A stretch of 64,000 bases of DNA, taken from Heterodontus francisci. Its lineage: Eukaryota. Below are positions 1 through 12,300 of this stretch, piece after piece. The notes below the pieces were generated by a model. The model worked only from the letters and a program-made list of their open reading frames with translations, ran no database searches and was not told the DNA's origin. The position numbers and the translations under genes are program-made. Within the stretch, counting starts at the first letter, position 1; every line of letters begins with the position of its first letter. The stretch lies in NCBI RefSeq assembly GCF_036365525.1, contig NC_090399.1, positions 15,189,558 to 15,253,557 on the forward strand, written 5' to 3'.

Positions 1-112
1 TCAGCCGTCCAAGAAGGCAGCTCACCACCACCTTCTCAAGGGTAATTAGGGATGAGCAATAAATGCTGGCCTGGCCAGTGACACCCACATCCCCTGAATG
101 AATAAAAAAAAA
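1..112 (+). mobile_element. 3' end of a non-LTR LINE (CR1/L2-group family B)
   Basis: caccaccttctcaaggg..aattaggg..aataaatgctggcc tail, also seen at 24000-24110 and 45780-45880. Confidence 0.8.
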
Positions 113-209
113 TGTTCCATACATTGCGTTACACTCGGGCGTACGGTGATTTCCCAATCCACGCTTTCATTCCATTAGCGTATACACTCAGGTAAGCAGA
201 TGGAAACAG

Positions 210-600
210 AACACAATAAAAGGATATTGCTACGATTGAAAGAATACAGAAGAGAGTCACCAGAATGACTGAGGAGCTGGAAGGATTGAATTATGAGGAG
301 CGCTATGCAAATTGAAAAATCAAAGTTTGAGAGGGAATATGATTGATATTTTTAGAATACGACAGGGGCTGGACAATATAGACCAAGACAGGCTAGCTCA
401 CCACGTCCACAAGAGTGGAACCAAAGGACATTGTCTGTGGTTGAAGGGGGTCAACTAAAAAAAAAACTCAGTGAACAAGTGGTTAATCTATGCAACAGAC
501 TCCCGAAGTGATGGTGAAAGCAGTTAAGCAGTTAGAATTGTTCCATGCAAATGGACATTCGATAGCTTTCTTTCACAATGTGACATTTTGGGGTTCAGTA
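210..600 (+). mobile_element. Highly decayed CR1 3' fragment
   Basis: Remnants of the RIQRRxTRM / YEERL coding region. Confidence 0.55.
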
Positions 601-1261
601 TTTCAGCAATCGTGGAGATGACGTGTGGTAAATGTAACATACTTGGGAGGAACAATTTGATTTTGCGCCTATGGTTCCCAAATCTCTCCAGCACTTGGTT
701 TTCCTCGTCTTATTGTCTGGGTCTGTTATAGACGAATGGATAAACATGATTGCTGTGATTCGTCAAAACTTCCATTATCATGCGGCTACCAGGATGGCAG
801 AAGGCGAACTAGATGGACCTTGGTCTCCATTCGTTTACCAATTCTTATGTCCCTATGTGTTTCAATAGTGATTGGCTATGGTCCTCTGCTACTCTTTCAA
901 GTGTCGTTTGGTCATTTTGGAAAGCACGACAATCATAAGCTTCAGCAGTGGCCAAATTAACGTCCGGAAATTCTTCCATTGAGATTAGAACAGGCCGGCT
1001 ATCGAACCTAAGATTCTCCATTCTTTATTGCTTAAAGGTACGCCGGGCGGATGCTAAATGGGCATCAGTAAAGCCTATTGTAAGTTCTTTTTTATTATTC
1101 CAAAATCGCTCTCAAGTCACTAAGAACACTCCATTCCAGTACCGTCATACTGTTGTATAGTACACATTAATAACGTTTCTAAACGGAAACATTATTTTTT
1201 CTCAATAAATTAAGTGCTGCATCCTTGTATCCTTATTCAAGAACAAACCATTCGACTAAAC

Positions 1262-2140
1262 AATGAGGGGGAAAGCGTTAGATTACAGGACGATATAGAT
1301 GGGCTGGTAAGATGGGCAGAGAAGTGGCAAATGGAATTTAATCCTGAGAAGTGTGAGGTGATGCATTTTGGGAGGACTAACAAGGCAAGGGAATATACAA
1401 TGGATGGTAGGACCCTAATAAGTACAGAGGATCAGAGGGACCTTGGTGTACTTGTCCATAGATCACTGAAGGCAGCAGCACAGGTAGATAAGGTGGTTAC
1501 GAAGCCATATGGGATACTTGCCTTTATTAGCCGAAGCATAGAATATAAGAGCAGGGAGGTTATGATGGAGCTGTATAATACACTTGTTAGGCCACAGCTG
1601 GAGTACTGTGTACTGTTCACCACACTATAGGAAGGATGTGATTGCACTGGAGAGGGTGCAGAGGAGATTCACCAGGATATTGCCTAGGCTGGAGCATTTC
1701 AGCTATAAAGGGAGACTGGAAAGGCTAGGGTTGTTTTCCTGAGAGCAGAGAAGGCTGAGGGGAGACCTGATTGAGGTATACAAATTATGATACCTCATTG
1801 ATAGTTTAGATAGGAAGAAACTTTTTCCCTTAGCGGGGAGATTAATAACCAGGGGACATAGTTTTAAAGTAAGTGACAGCAGCTTTAGACAGGATTTGAG
1901 GAAAACAACTTTCACCTAGGGGGTGGTTGGAATCTGGAACACACTACCTGAAGGGGTGGTAGATGCAGGAACACTCACAACATTTGAGAAGCATTTTAGT
2001 GTGCACTTGAAACGCCATAGCATGCAAGGCTACAGGCCAAGTGCTGGAAAATGGGAATAGAATAGATAGGTGCTTGATGGCCAGCACGGCCATGATGGAC
2101 CGAAGGGCCTGTTTCCGTGCTGTATAACTCTATGATTCCA
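1262..2140 (+). mobile_element. CR1 (HER1-like) LINE 3' fragment
   Basis: WAEKWQMEFNPEKCEVMHFG and RPQLEYC motifs; 3' UTR gccgaagggcctgtttccgtgctgta. Confidence 0.9.
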
Positions 2141-2548
2141 TGGCTCGAAGCATTGCTGGCTCAGTCACAATCCTTGTTGTGCTGTTTCATAGTTTATGTC
2201 GCCATTTTGTCTGAAAGATGTAATTTAATCTGCATTTATAATAAAATGTTAATTATCAATAACTCTATTTGCTTTTTCTTTGACTTAAGTCAGGATGGCC
2301 AATTTGGAAACTTTTACGACAGGTCTAACAGCTCTCAACACCTGGAGTGGTGTCTATTTACGAGCAAATAACAGGGAATACATCAGCATTGAGAGCCGTT
2401 ACTGACACTTCCAATATCCTGTATTACCCAGCTCTAAATTTACCAGAGAGAATAGCTGTTATAATTTTAATATAACTTGTTAAACGTGAAAAATCTGCAT
2501 TAAAGCCAACGACCAATTCACGTTCTACAACACCAGAGTCTGTGCATG

Positions 2549-2945
2549 CTGTGTCGTCAATGCAAAGCCCACAACGAATGTCACCGGTGGAGTCAAGACT
2601 CAAGGTATTGACAGTGTTCCTTTGTAAACAACATTGCATCTAATCCCTCCTGCCGTGTGTTCATGGATCATGGTTTTAATTCACCAAATTACTTTTATAC
2701 AGCTGATTCGCTCTCTGCTAACCACAGGTTAGTTAATTTATATTATTTACTGTATACTAATCTGCTTATACTACTGGGTACCATATATTATTTAGACAAC
2801 TCGCTGCGACATAATGCTCTAGATAATTTAATCTCGTTGTTATTATATAAGACTGCGTCATTCTAAACATAATATTGAAATAAATTTAAATTAAATACTT
2901 TACACACGATTAGAATTTTGGGAAGAATCTCGGTCTGTGATTTAG
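2549..2945 (+). repeat. Unique-looking block duplicated at about 33868-34260
   Basis: Shared start ctgtgtcgtcaatgcaaagccca...tgtcaccggtggagtc and colinear to gattagaatttt. Confidence 0.85.
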
Positions 2946-3002
2946 ATGATGTAATCGTAAAAGTGCCGTCAGATGCTATCTTACTGGGATTTTCCTGTAA
3001 CA

Positions 3003-3265
3003 TATCTTCTTTGGCCTCCTTATCTCGAGAGACAATGGATAAGCGCCTGGAGGTGGTCAGTGGTTTGTGAAGCAGCGCCTGGAGTGGCTATAAAGGCCAA
3101 TTCTAGAGTGACAGGCTCTTCCACAGGTGCTGCAGAGAAATTTATTTGTCGGGGCTGTTACACAGTTGGCTCTCCCCTTGCGCTTCTGTCTTTTTTCCTG
3201 CCAACTACTAAGTCTCTTTGACTCGCCACACTTTAGCCCCGTCTTTATGGCTGCCCGCCAGCTCT
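3003..3265 (-). mobile_element. RTE-clade LINE 3' end
   Basis: C-terminal FLCSTCGRACHSRIGLYSHSRRC zinc-finger-like motif typical of RTE ORFs, followed by a short tail. Confidence 0.75.
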
Positions 3266-3484
3266 GTAACATATAACATATAAGAGTAAGGTTATTTCAC
3301 AAAATGTAAAGTGATATTGTCATTATGCTTGGACAATTTACTGTAACCTATGGAATTCAGCACACCCGATTTTCCCTCCATATCATCTGCGTCACTTTCG
3401 AAAGGTGTTTGCCTTTTTGCTTTGCGTTAACCTAATAGTCAGTAATCTCCAAAGATAATACTTAATTAATTTTTTACATTCGTT

Positions 3485-6010
3485 TGTATGAGCAACCACT
3501 CCAAAGCCCCCAATCAAAATATACGATTCTGATTCTGGATGGAGAAACACACTGTTAATTCAATCCTGTCCCTCCACAGATGGTGTAACATATCATTTAA
3601 ACTTTCCAAATTAAAGACGCAGCCAAATTGTACCATCTATTAATCCCCTGAATAAGGCTAACCAAACCAGGTTTCTTTAAATAAACAAATTAACTGTTTA
3701 ATTAGAAAAGTGAAATTCTTAAACACTACTAAGATATAAACAACATTTAAAAATAGAAAAAACTAGAGTCCTTGCATATTACGCTCCTGCCGAATCTGGA
3801 ACAGTCCAAAGTTGCTTGAAGTCCTCACAACTGTCTGATGGAGGAGAAAAAGGTTCTTCCACGGTAGAACAATCTGTAGCATAATTCAGAAGTCGAAATA
3901 GTTGCTCCTTCTCTAGCGATGAAGTTCAACAATTAACAACTTGCAAACACTTTTAATGAATCAATTTGGCTTTAGAATTTTTGAAGAATAAAAGATTGTC
4001 ACAGTCTAACTTCTCCTCCTTCTGTTTAAATCATCAGTAATCTCTGATTTGGCTTGACGTTTTAGAATTTTGAGAGAGAATAATAAATCAACAGACTAAA
4101 TTCTCTTCCTTCAGTTTAAATGGCCTGAGAGCCCTCCCTTCAGGTGCTAACACATTACTGTCTGTCTGTGTCCTGTTAGAACAGGCTGTTTTCCACAAAA
4201 AGCCAGTTCAAAGTTGAATTGCAACGCATGTATCTCTCAATTCTCAGTCCAAGTGACCGTATCCAAGGCAACAAAAATGCACTTTCTCTAACTCCTGAGG
4301 CTTGCTGGTTCCTAAAGCAGTATGGCTGATTTTTCAGCCTTAAAGGCACACCGCCCAAAAAATAACGACAGGATCATAACACCTCTGCCCCTGGCAGAAT
4401 GAAACGCCATTCCTGGAATGCATTTCATTACAATGTGCAAAAGATACAAATTGAGAAAAACGCCAACACATTTTCTTTTGCATTTACAGGCATACACTTT
4501 TCAAAAATGTTAAGACTACAGCAATAAGTTCCACCAGAACGTTTCGTCTTTAAATTTTCAAAAGGTTGTCCTAATTAATCCATTTCAAATTTACAAGTAT
4601 AGTCTTCCAATGTTTCATGTTTCCCTTCCAAGTGTCACTATTGTCCATCACCTCAACCAGGTAAACTGGACAGCTAGGAGCAGGGGCCACTCCTGGGTTC
4701 ACTATTCTCTCAGGAGTTTTTCGAGTACCCCTAACCTATGTGGCATCACATGACACTGGAAAACTCTGTCCGGTGTAACAGAAGCTGATTTTGTCTTACC
4801 CTGGAGTGTCAAAGGAATTTGTTATATTTCCTCCATCACATCTGTTTCTTTAAGACACATGGTGTTGCCCACTCTGTCCATACTGTCCTTTCAGTGAGAA
4901 TTTGGGTAGGAGTCTGCCTCCTTTACCACAGTGACTTTTCTAGAGCCTATGCAAGTTTGAGCCGACCCACCATGTTGAGACATCAAGACCATCTGCAAAC
5001 TCCAGCTGTCCTGACTAGGTTCAACTCAGCTGCCCTTCAGCATGCATTGTACCCTGCTTCCACTTGGGCCTGTCTCTTTGGACCTAAGTGACAAGAATGA
5101 TATTTTAAAGCAATCGTTCACCCTATACCCACATCATGTGTGTGTAAGGGTGTACATCCTGGCTTATCCCTACAAACCTTTTGAAACATTGTGAAAACCC
5201 TGGTTAGAGCTTCATCCTGTTTTGCCTCTAAATGTAAAAGCCTATTGTTTAATTTTCCTAGCCATTCTGTATTCGATAATTGGATAGTTGGAGGTTCAAT
5301 CTGAGAATTTTTTAGGCCTACTTCTGCCTCATGCTCACTATCCTTTTCCTTCTCAACAGTCCCGATTACCTGACTTACCTGTACTGGCTTATCCCCCTCC
5401 CTGTGGTAGTATTGTTTGAGCATATTAATATGGCACAACCGGTTCTTCTTCTGGTGATCAGAGGTGTCAATCAAGTAATCTAACTTACCCACTCTTTTGA
5501 TCACGGCATGGAACACTGAACCATGCTTTGAATGGTTCTCCCTGCAATGGCAACAACATTAATACTTCATCCCCTTGTTTTCTGGTAGGTTGTGGTCTTC
5601 CCACCATTTGACAGGTATGCCATGTCCTACAATATTGTCTCACATCCTTCCGAATTCCCCTATATCCTACAAAAGGAATGTTTTGTGCTAACCTTAATAA
5701 TCCTTGTTGATATTTAGGTGGTACCACTATCTGTTCAACAACTGTCAAGTCTTCGTCGGCAGGCCTATGAGGAGGTCTCAATTTCCTCCTCAAAATGCAG
5801 TTTGCCATATAATAGCCTTCTGGAACTCCTTTTGCCTCAGCTTGTGACAGAGCAGTCTGCACTATTCGGTATATCCCTGGATCTGCTTGATGTGCTGCAA
5901 TGATAGACGATCTGTTAAACAACTCATTTGGATTATCTACATCCCCAAATAAGGTTTCATATACTTGGCTATCCATTTGTGGTGCCCCTTTTACCTCTGA
6001 CAATGGATCC
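3485..6010 (-). mobile_element. Gmr1-like Ty3/Gypsy LTR retrotransposon relic: integrase fragments, start of RT, PPT (4382-4392) and 3' LTR (about 3485-4381)
   Basis: CRTWHTCQ zinc motif, GDEVLMLLP and CHINMLKQY integrase C-terminus precede RT-start-like DKPGCT..HDV; purine tract aggggcagagg abuts TG...CA. Confidence 0.7.
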
Positions 6011-6420
6011 TGTTTTAATATCCTGACCTGGTCAAACTGACGGAGACACAGCGGACAGATTTAATATCCTAACCTGGTTAAACTGACAGAGACACCACAG
6101 ACAGATTTAATATCCTAACCGGGTTAAACTGACCGAGACGTGGCAGACAGATTTAATATCCTGAAGCGGTAAAACCGAGCGAGAGAAGGGAGATGCTTTC
6201 TACAACATTCCGATCCGATAACACTGAAATAGACAAAGGAGAAGATGTTTAATACCATGACCCAGAAACACCAACTGAGACAATGGATACTGTACTAAAT
6301 ATTTTGATCCAGGAACACCATGCGTGGCAAGGGATTCGTTGTTAATATCTGACTTGGTGTCACCAATCGGGACAAAGGAGACGGTGTTTAATATCCTGAC
6401 CCTGTAATGCTTATTGAGAC
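6010..6420 (+). repeat. Degenerate 46-50 bp minisatellite (tttaatatcctgacc...gagac)
   Basis: Three clear units at about 6013-6160 plus diverged units. Confidence 0.75.
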
Positions 6421-7790
6421 ATCTCGAAATCTATCGATCTCCGTCTTGAACATGCTCAATGACTAAGACTTCACAGCCCGCTGGGGTAGAAAATTCTAAA
6501 GATTCACCACCCTCTGAGTGAAGAGTCTCATCCTCATCTCAGTTCTAAATGACATACTTCTTATTCTGAGGCTGTGTCGCTTGGTTCTAGATCCTTAGCC
6601 AGGGAAAACATCCTTCCTGCATCAACCCTGTCGAGCCCTGTTGTATGTTGTATGCTTCAGTGAGATCACCTCTCATTCTTCTAAACTCTGGACAATATAT
6701 ACACCGTCTCCTCAATCTCTCCTCATAGGACAATCCCGCCATCCCAAGAATGAGTCTGGTGAAGATTGTTTGCACTGCCTCTATGGAAAGTATATCCTTT
6801 CCTCGGTAAGGAAACCAAAACTTTACACAATATTCCAGGTGCGATTTGGGATTATGATACTCTTTTAAAAAAATGTATACTTAGTAAGCTTGCTATGGAA
6901 GCCAGCCTACCGAATGATAACCAAACTTTAACTAAGTGTCAAATATTATTGGTTTTTGGTGACCAATATACAGGCATGTCCACAATTTTCCACTATCCCT
7001 ATGTGAAGAAGTGCTTTCTGACATCATTGCGGAATAGACTAGTTTTGATTTTAAGGTTTTGCTTCATTGTTCTGCACTGACCCCCAGAGGAATTATTTTC
7101 TTTCTATCTACCCTATAGAATCCTTCAACCTTCTTGAACACATCAAACAGATACACCCTTAATCTCCTACATTAACGAGAAACAAGTATAGTCTGCACAA
7201 ATCGTCCTCATAATTTAAACTTTTAGCCCTAGTATCATTCTGACGAATCTGATCTGCACCTCCTCCAAGCACAATCTATCCCTTCAGTGATATTGTGCCC
7301 AGGAATTAATACAGTACACAAGATGGTGTCTAACATTGCTAGGTAGGGTAATAGCATAACTCGGGCCCTTTGTATTCCAACCGTCTTGAGATAAATGCTT
7401 TTAAAATTATTTTTTGCATTTGTCCAGTAGTTTTTAGTGATTTCTGTACTTGGACTCGTAAATCTTTCTGCTCATCCATGGCTCCGAACTTCCCACCATG
7501 TGCAAAATACTCTGATTTCTCTTTTTTATGTCCAAAGTGCATGACTTCACACTTTCCCACTCGGAACTCTGCCACAGTTTTTCCCACCCACTTAATCTAT
7601 CTGTGTCTCCTTGCAAATTTCTGGTCCCATGTACACTATTAACTGACCTCCCGAACTTGTTGTCGTTTGAAACCTAGATAATCGGACCTCTATTCCTTCA
7701 TCCAAGTCATTTATAAATGTAGTATGGTAGTATTGAACACTGGTGGGCACCACAAGCCACATCTGGCCAAATTGAGCGACAGAGAAGTTT
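6420..7790 (-). mobile_element. Two adjacent decayed CR1 fragments
   Basis: GLSYEERL, KCEVMHFG and FINDLDEG remnants. Confidence 0.8.
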
Positions 7791-7999
7791 GAGATGAGAA
7801 CTTTAAACTGTGGCATTATCCGACCTGGAGGCTATATAGGTCATTGAGTGGAGGATTGATGGATGAACTAGACTTGGCCCAACTTAGGATATTGTAGCAG
7901 AGTTCTGGATCAGTTCAGGGACGCCAGCCAGAAGAACGTTGGAATAGTCAAAGTTAGAGGTAACATAAGCATGGATGAGTGTTTGAGCTGCAGATGAAT

Positions 8000-8450
8000 G
8001 TTACTGGAGCTCCAAGGGTTAGATTACGAGGGGAGATTACATAAACATGTTTTGCATTCCTTGGAATATTAAGATGTGATTTGATGCTGTTTTTAGAATT
8101 TTGGAAGGAGCTGATAGGATTGATAAAGAGAATTTTTTATACTTGTGGAGGCGTCAAAGAGATGGGGATGGAACCTTCAAATCAGAACCAGACTATTCAG
8201 AAGAACATTTGGGAAATACTTCTTCATACAGTGGGTGGTAGATATGTGAAATTGTCTCCTATAAAAGGCAGTAGATTCTAGGTCAATTTATTATTAAAAT
8301 CTGAGATGGATAGAGTTTTGATAGACAATGGTATTAAGGGAAATGGGCCCAAGTCAGATGGATGGATTTAAGCTCCAGATCAGCCATGATCTCATTGAAT
8401 GGTGGAACAGGTTCGAGGTCTAACATGTCTATACCGTTCCTGTGTTCCTG
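8000..8450 (+). mobile_element. Decayed CR1 3' fragment shared with paralog at about 49745-50175
   Basis: 3' UTR gatcagccatgatctcattgaatgg. Confidence 0.7.
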
Positions 8451-8998
8451 TGATACTGCACAGAAAACGATGCCCTCCTAATCATAGAGAACCCCAGGTC
8501 TATTTACAGAAATGACTAGTGGCACTGAAATTGAGAAATTATCGAGTACAAAATTGAACTACTATTAACACACACTTGGTGGAAAGCTATGGTAAATTTG
8601 GAACGTAGAGTTAAGAAAATTATGTATTTTAATAATCATAAGAAACTGAAAACAGTTAATAGTAAGTAGCATATTTACATTTTGGGATAGCATTTTCTCT
8701 GATTGCTACGTTATCGGCAATATAACCACTTTGGGAAAATTACCTGGATTCTATTTCCAGAAAGACAGCAAACATATTTTCAAAAACGGTTTCATAACGT
8801 CACAGAAACACTCACATAATAATTTTTTTACTGATGCAGCTACACAATCCCTACACACATTCAGAGGACATTTTTTCCAACCTTGGTCAGTTTGCCGGGC
8901 TTGTAAACCATGTAGCCTTGTTAATGAGAGTGGAGATTCAATTGCCAAAATTTTTCAAGATGCACACCGCCTCTGCAGATTGATTAATTAAACGGTGG

Positions 8999-9004
8999 TT
9001 TATT
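8999..9004 (-). terminator. Candidate polyadenylation signal AATAAA of gene A
   Basis: About 190 nt after the stop; conserved at 50705-50710. Confidence 0.55.
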
Positions 9005-9191
9005 CTACAATTGGGAAATTAGGAACAACTGCACAATTGCACAACTTTATAGTTAACATGTTGAACAATTATTTCAATATAATAGCGAACAAGGCGGTCA
9101 GTGTGCAGAATATGCTGAGAATTCCTTGGTGAGTGAGGTTAGTATATGTGCGATCACGATTTTGAGGTCTTTCATGTTTCTTCTCATAGCT

Positions 9192-9308
9192 TCAATCGAT
9201 AGTTGTGTACTCGACATCATGTTCCTCACTGTTCAATGTCCTCGTATTCCCCTCTTGTTTTGTGTTCACTTTGAATATTTCCTCATCACTTCCGCGATTG
9301 GAACATAC
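9192..9308 (-). CDS. Gene A terminal coding exon VCSNRGSDEEIFKVNTKQEGNTRTLNSEEHDVEYTTID*
   Basis: Acceptor aattgctag; open frame and TGA position conserved with 50883-51011 apart from an in-frame 12-nt indel; terminal VEYTTI motif. Confidence 0.75.
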   Translation of the reverse strand, partial: VCSNRGSDEEIFKVNTKQEGNTRTLNSEEHDVEYTTID

Positions 9309-12300
9309 CTAGCAATTATTAGATTAAGATTAGATGCAATTCCCAATGCATGTAAATACAGCAACACCAACTTACATGTTTGTAGCATCCTTAAAGTAGA
9401 AACACGTTCCAAGATACTTGAATGACATATAATTAGAAAAGAAGGACAGAGTCATGATTACACGTTGGAGAAACAGACTGACAACACAAGGAGTGATCGA
9501 GATTGGTACTAGATAGGTTGGGCCGTAAGTGGCACACATTTTGAAGTTGAATGCACGATTTCGATGATGCCAACAAGGAGAAACGTATTGAAGGAGCAAA
9601 GATGGATCCTTTGGAGACACCCGGACTGACGGTTATGAGTAGAAAGCGCAGCCGTTGCTCGAGATGTCCTGGTTAAACTTCGATGATTATAGTAGAGCCA
9701 AGTAAGAGCTTTCCCACGGAGCTGAACTATAAAGAAGACATATTAGAGGAGGGATCGTGTGATAGACGTGTCAAAGTTTACAAGGAGGAGAAATAGCATA
9801 TCTTCGTCACGGTAGCAGCGAGTGTCACTTGTGACGTTGATCGGGATCGGAATTGTATTGTCGTACAGACAGAAAACTGGTTTGCGGGGAGATGGGTTCA
9901 GGTGTGAGAGGCGATGCACGTTAAGGGCCTTGGTGAGGAAAGGATGGTTGAAGATAGGACATGAGCTCGAAAGGATAGAAGAGTCAAAGATGCACTGCAG
10001 CAATTGGCCAAGGCTTCTTCCATAGCACCTCCTAAACCCTTACCTCTAACACCTAAAAAAACAAGGACAGCAAAAGCAGGGGAAACACCACATCTTTAAA
10101 CTCACATCCAAGCTGTACATCATTCTGACTCAGAAATATATCACCGTTCCTTCATCATTGCTGGCCCAAAGGCCTAGCACTCCCTACCTAACAGAACTGC
10201 AGATGCACCTGTGCAAGGAGTGCAGCGGTTCATGGATGCAGCTCAACACTGCCTGCTAAAGGGCAATTAGGAGTGGGTAATAAATATTGGCCTTGCCAGT
10301 GATGTCCACATCCTATAAATGAATAAATTAAAAGGTGTGATCTTAAGAAAGGGGCAACGGCAACGACTTTGAAATGTACCTATGTAAATATAATCATTTA
10401 TAATTAGTGGCTGAAATAAGTCCCAGGAAAGGAAGCTGGGTGATCAGGAGTTCAGTGGCAATGGAGGTTAAGAGAACAGGAAGCAAGTGTCATGCATGAG
10501 ATGAATTTGGAGTGGGTGTATGGAAACGGACAGAAATTAATGAGAGGCCAGATTTCAGGGAAATGATGGAGGCAGGAATGGGGAAGATTTGTCTTAGTAG
10601 ACAATGGGAAGATGGAGGTAATGATGCAATTATAGCTCCGCGAGAACGAATTCCATGAGTTACTTGCATTTTTTGTTAGAGATGAAAGCAGAGGTGGTGA
10701 GAAAAGTTCCTTATGAAGATCGTTGAGAAAATAAGACTGCAGTTATTTTTACCTGGCAGGATGATCTTAGAATAGTGTGTGGTTTCTGCTGTGGAAAGCG
10801 GAGCCCGTAAGAGTTTAATGTGGCAAGCAACATTTGGGAATAAATGGCTAATCCCGGTTGTGCCACGTACCGTCATCTTTGTCCCCGCTTGGAATTAAAG
10901 AAGCGAAGATGGAGGTCATGGCAGAGGGATCGAGTGGAATGAGAAATTGTTATGTTTGTATTGGGAAGAAGGGCACCAAATGCAAATCGGTTTATCAGGT
11001 TAGTGTTTCATGAGGTTGCCATATCGAAAACACGGCTGAAGTATTATCAGTGAAATTGTGACAAGAGGAGAAAAGGCACCACATTAAGGCATGTTTGCCT
11101 ACGCCATCATACTTAAATACTAAATGCAATGTTTGTGTTCATTGGCATGACACACGTTAATGCTATCCAACAGAATATATTACCACAATAACAATCCATG
11201 TACGATCCAATGTTTCCGGGTCAGTTGCAGTTTAATAGTCTGCAAGGTGAATTTTCCTCTACTCTGCTTAAACAACGCCCCTACACACAAAGTTCAGTAA
11301 AGGGATGCTTACTGTCCAAGTCTACTTATTTACTCTCGCACCTTATGTCCTCTGTGACTGAGATCACCAATTCAATACCAAATTGTACTTTTTGGGCGTT
11401 TTGAATGTTGTGAGTCAATGTCCATTCGGAAGTTTTGAACCCCTACAGTTAACAGAGAGAGGAATCTTTCCGTTCCTCATTCTGGGCGAGAGGTGAGTGC
11501 AGTCCATAATGCGGGCACATCAGATCTCCTTAAGCATTATTGTTGAACATAGAACATAGAACATAGAACATAGAACATAGAACATACAGCACAGAACAGG
11601 CCCTTCGGCCCACAATGTTGTGCCGATCCTTTGTCCTCTGTCAAGGACAATTTAATCTATACCCCATCATTCTCCTTTATCCATATACCTATCCAAAAGC
11701 CTTTTGAAAGTCCCTAAAGTTTCTGACTCAACAACTTCCCCGGGCAAGGCATTCCATGCCTCGACCACTCTCTGGGTAAAGAACCTTCCCCTGACATCCC
11801 CCTTATATCTCCCACCCTTCACCTTAAATTTATGACCCCTTGTAACGCTTTGCTCCACCCGGGGAAAAAGTTTCTGACTGTCTACCCTATCTATTCCCCT
11901 GATCATCTTATAAACCTCTATCATGTCACCCCTCATCCTTCTCCGTTCTAATGAGAAGAGGCCTAGAATGTTCAGCCTTTCCTCGTAAGACTTATTCTCC
12001 ATTCCAGGCAACATCCTGGTAAATCTCCTCTGCACCCTCTCCAAGGCTTCCACATCCTTCCTAAAATGAGGCGACCAGAACTGCACACAGTACTCCAAAT
12101 GAGGCCTTACCAAGGTCCTGTACAGCTGCATCATCACCTCACGGCTCTTAAATTCAATCCCTCTGCTAATGAACGCTAACACCCCATATGCCTTCTTCAC
12201 AGCCCTATCCACTTGAGTTGCAACTTTCAATGATCTATGCACATAGACCCCAAGGTCTCTCTGCTCCTCCACATGCCCAAGAACCATACCGTTAACCCAG

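Noticed and set aside
6010-6420. Regularly spaced repeats resembling a CRISPR array
   Set aside because: Whole units are homologous with no unique spacers, there are no cas genes, and the context is eukaryotic
11180-11460. Additional AG/GT-bounded exon candidates in gene A's last intron (paralog at 55810-56075)
   Set aside because: Frames and stops are not consistent between paralogs; decayed exons cannot be excluded without RNA data
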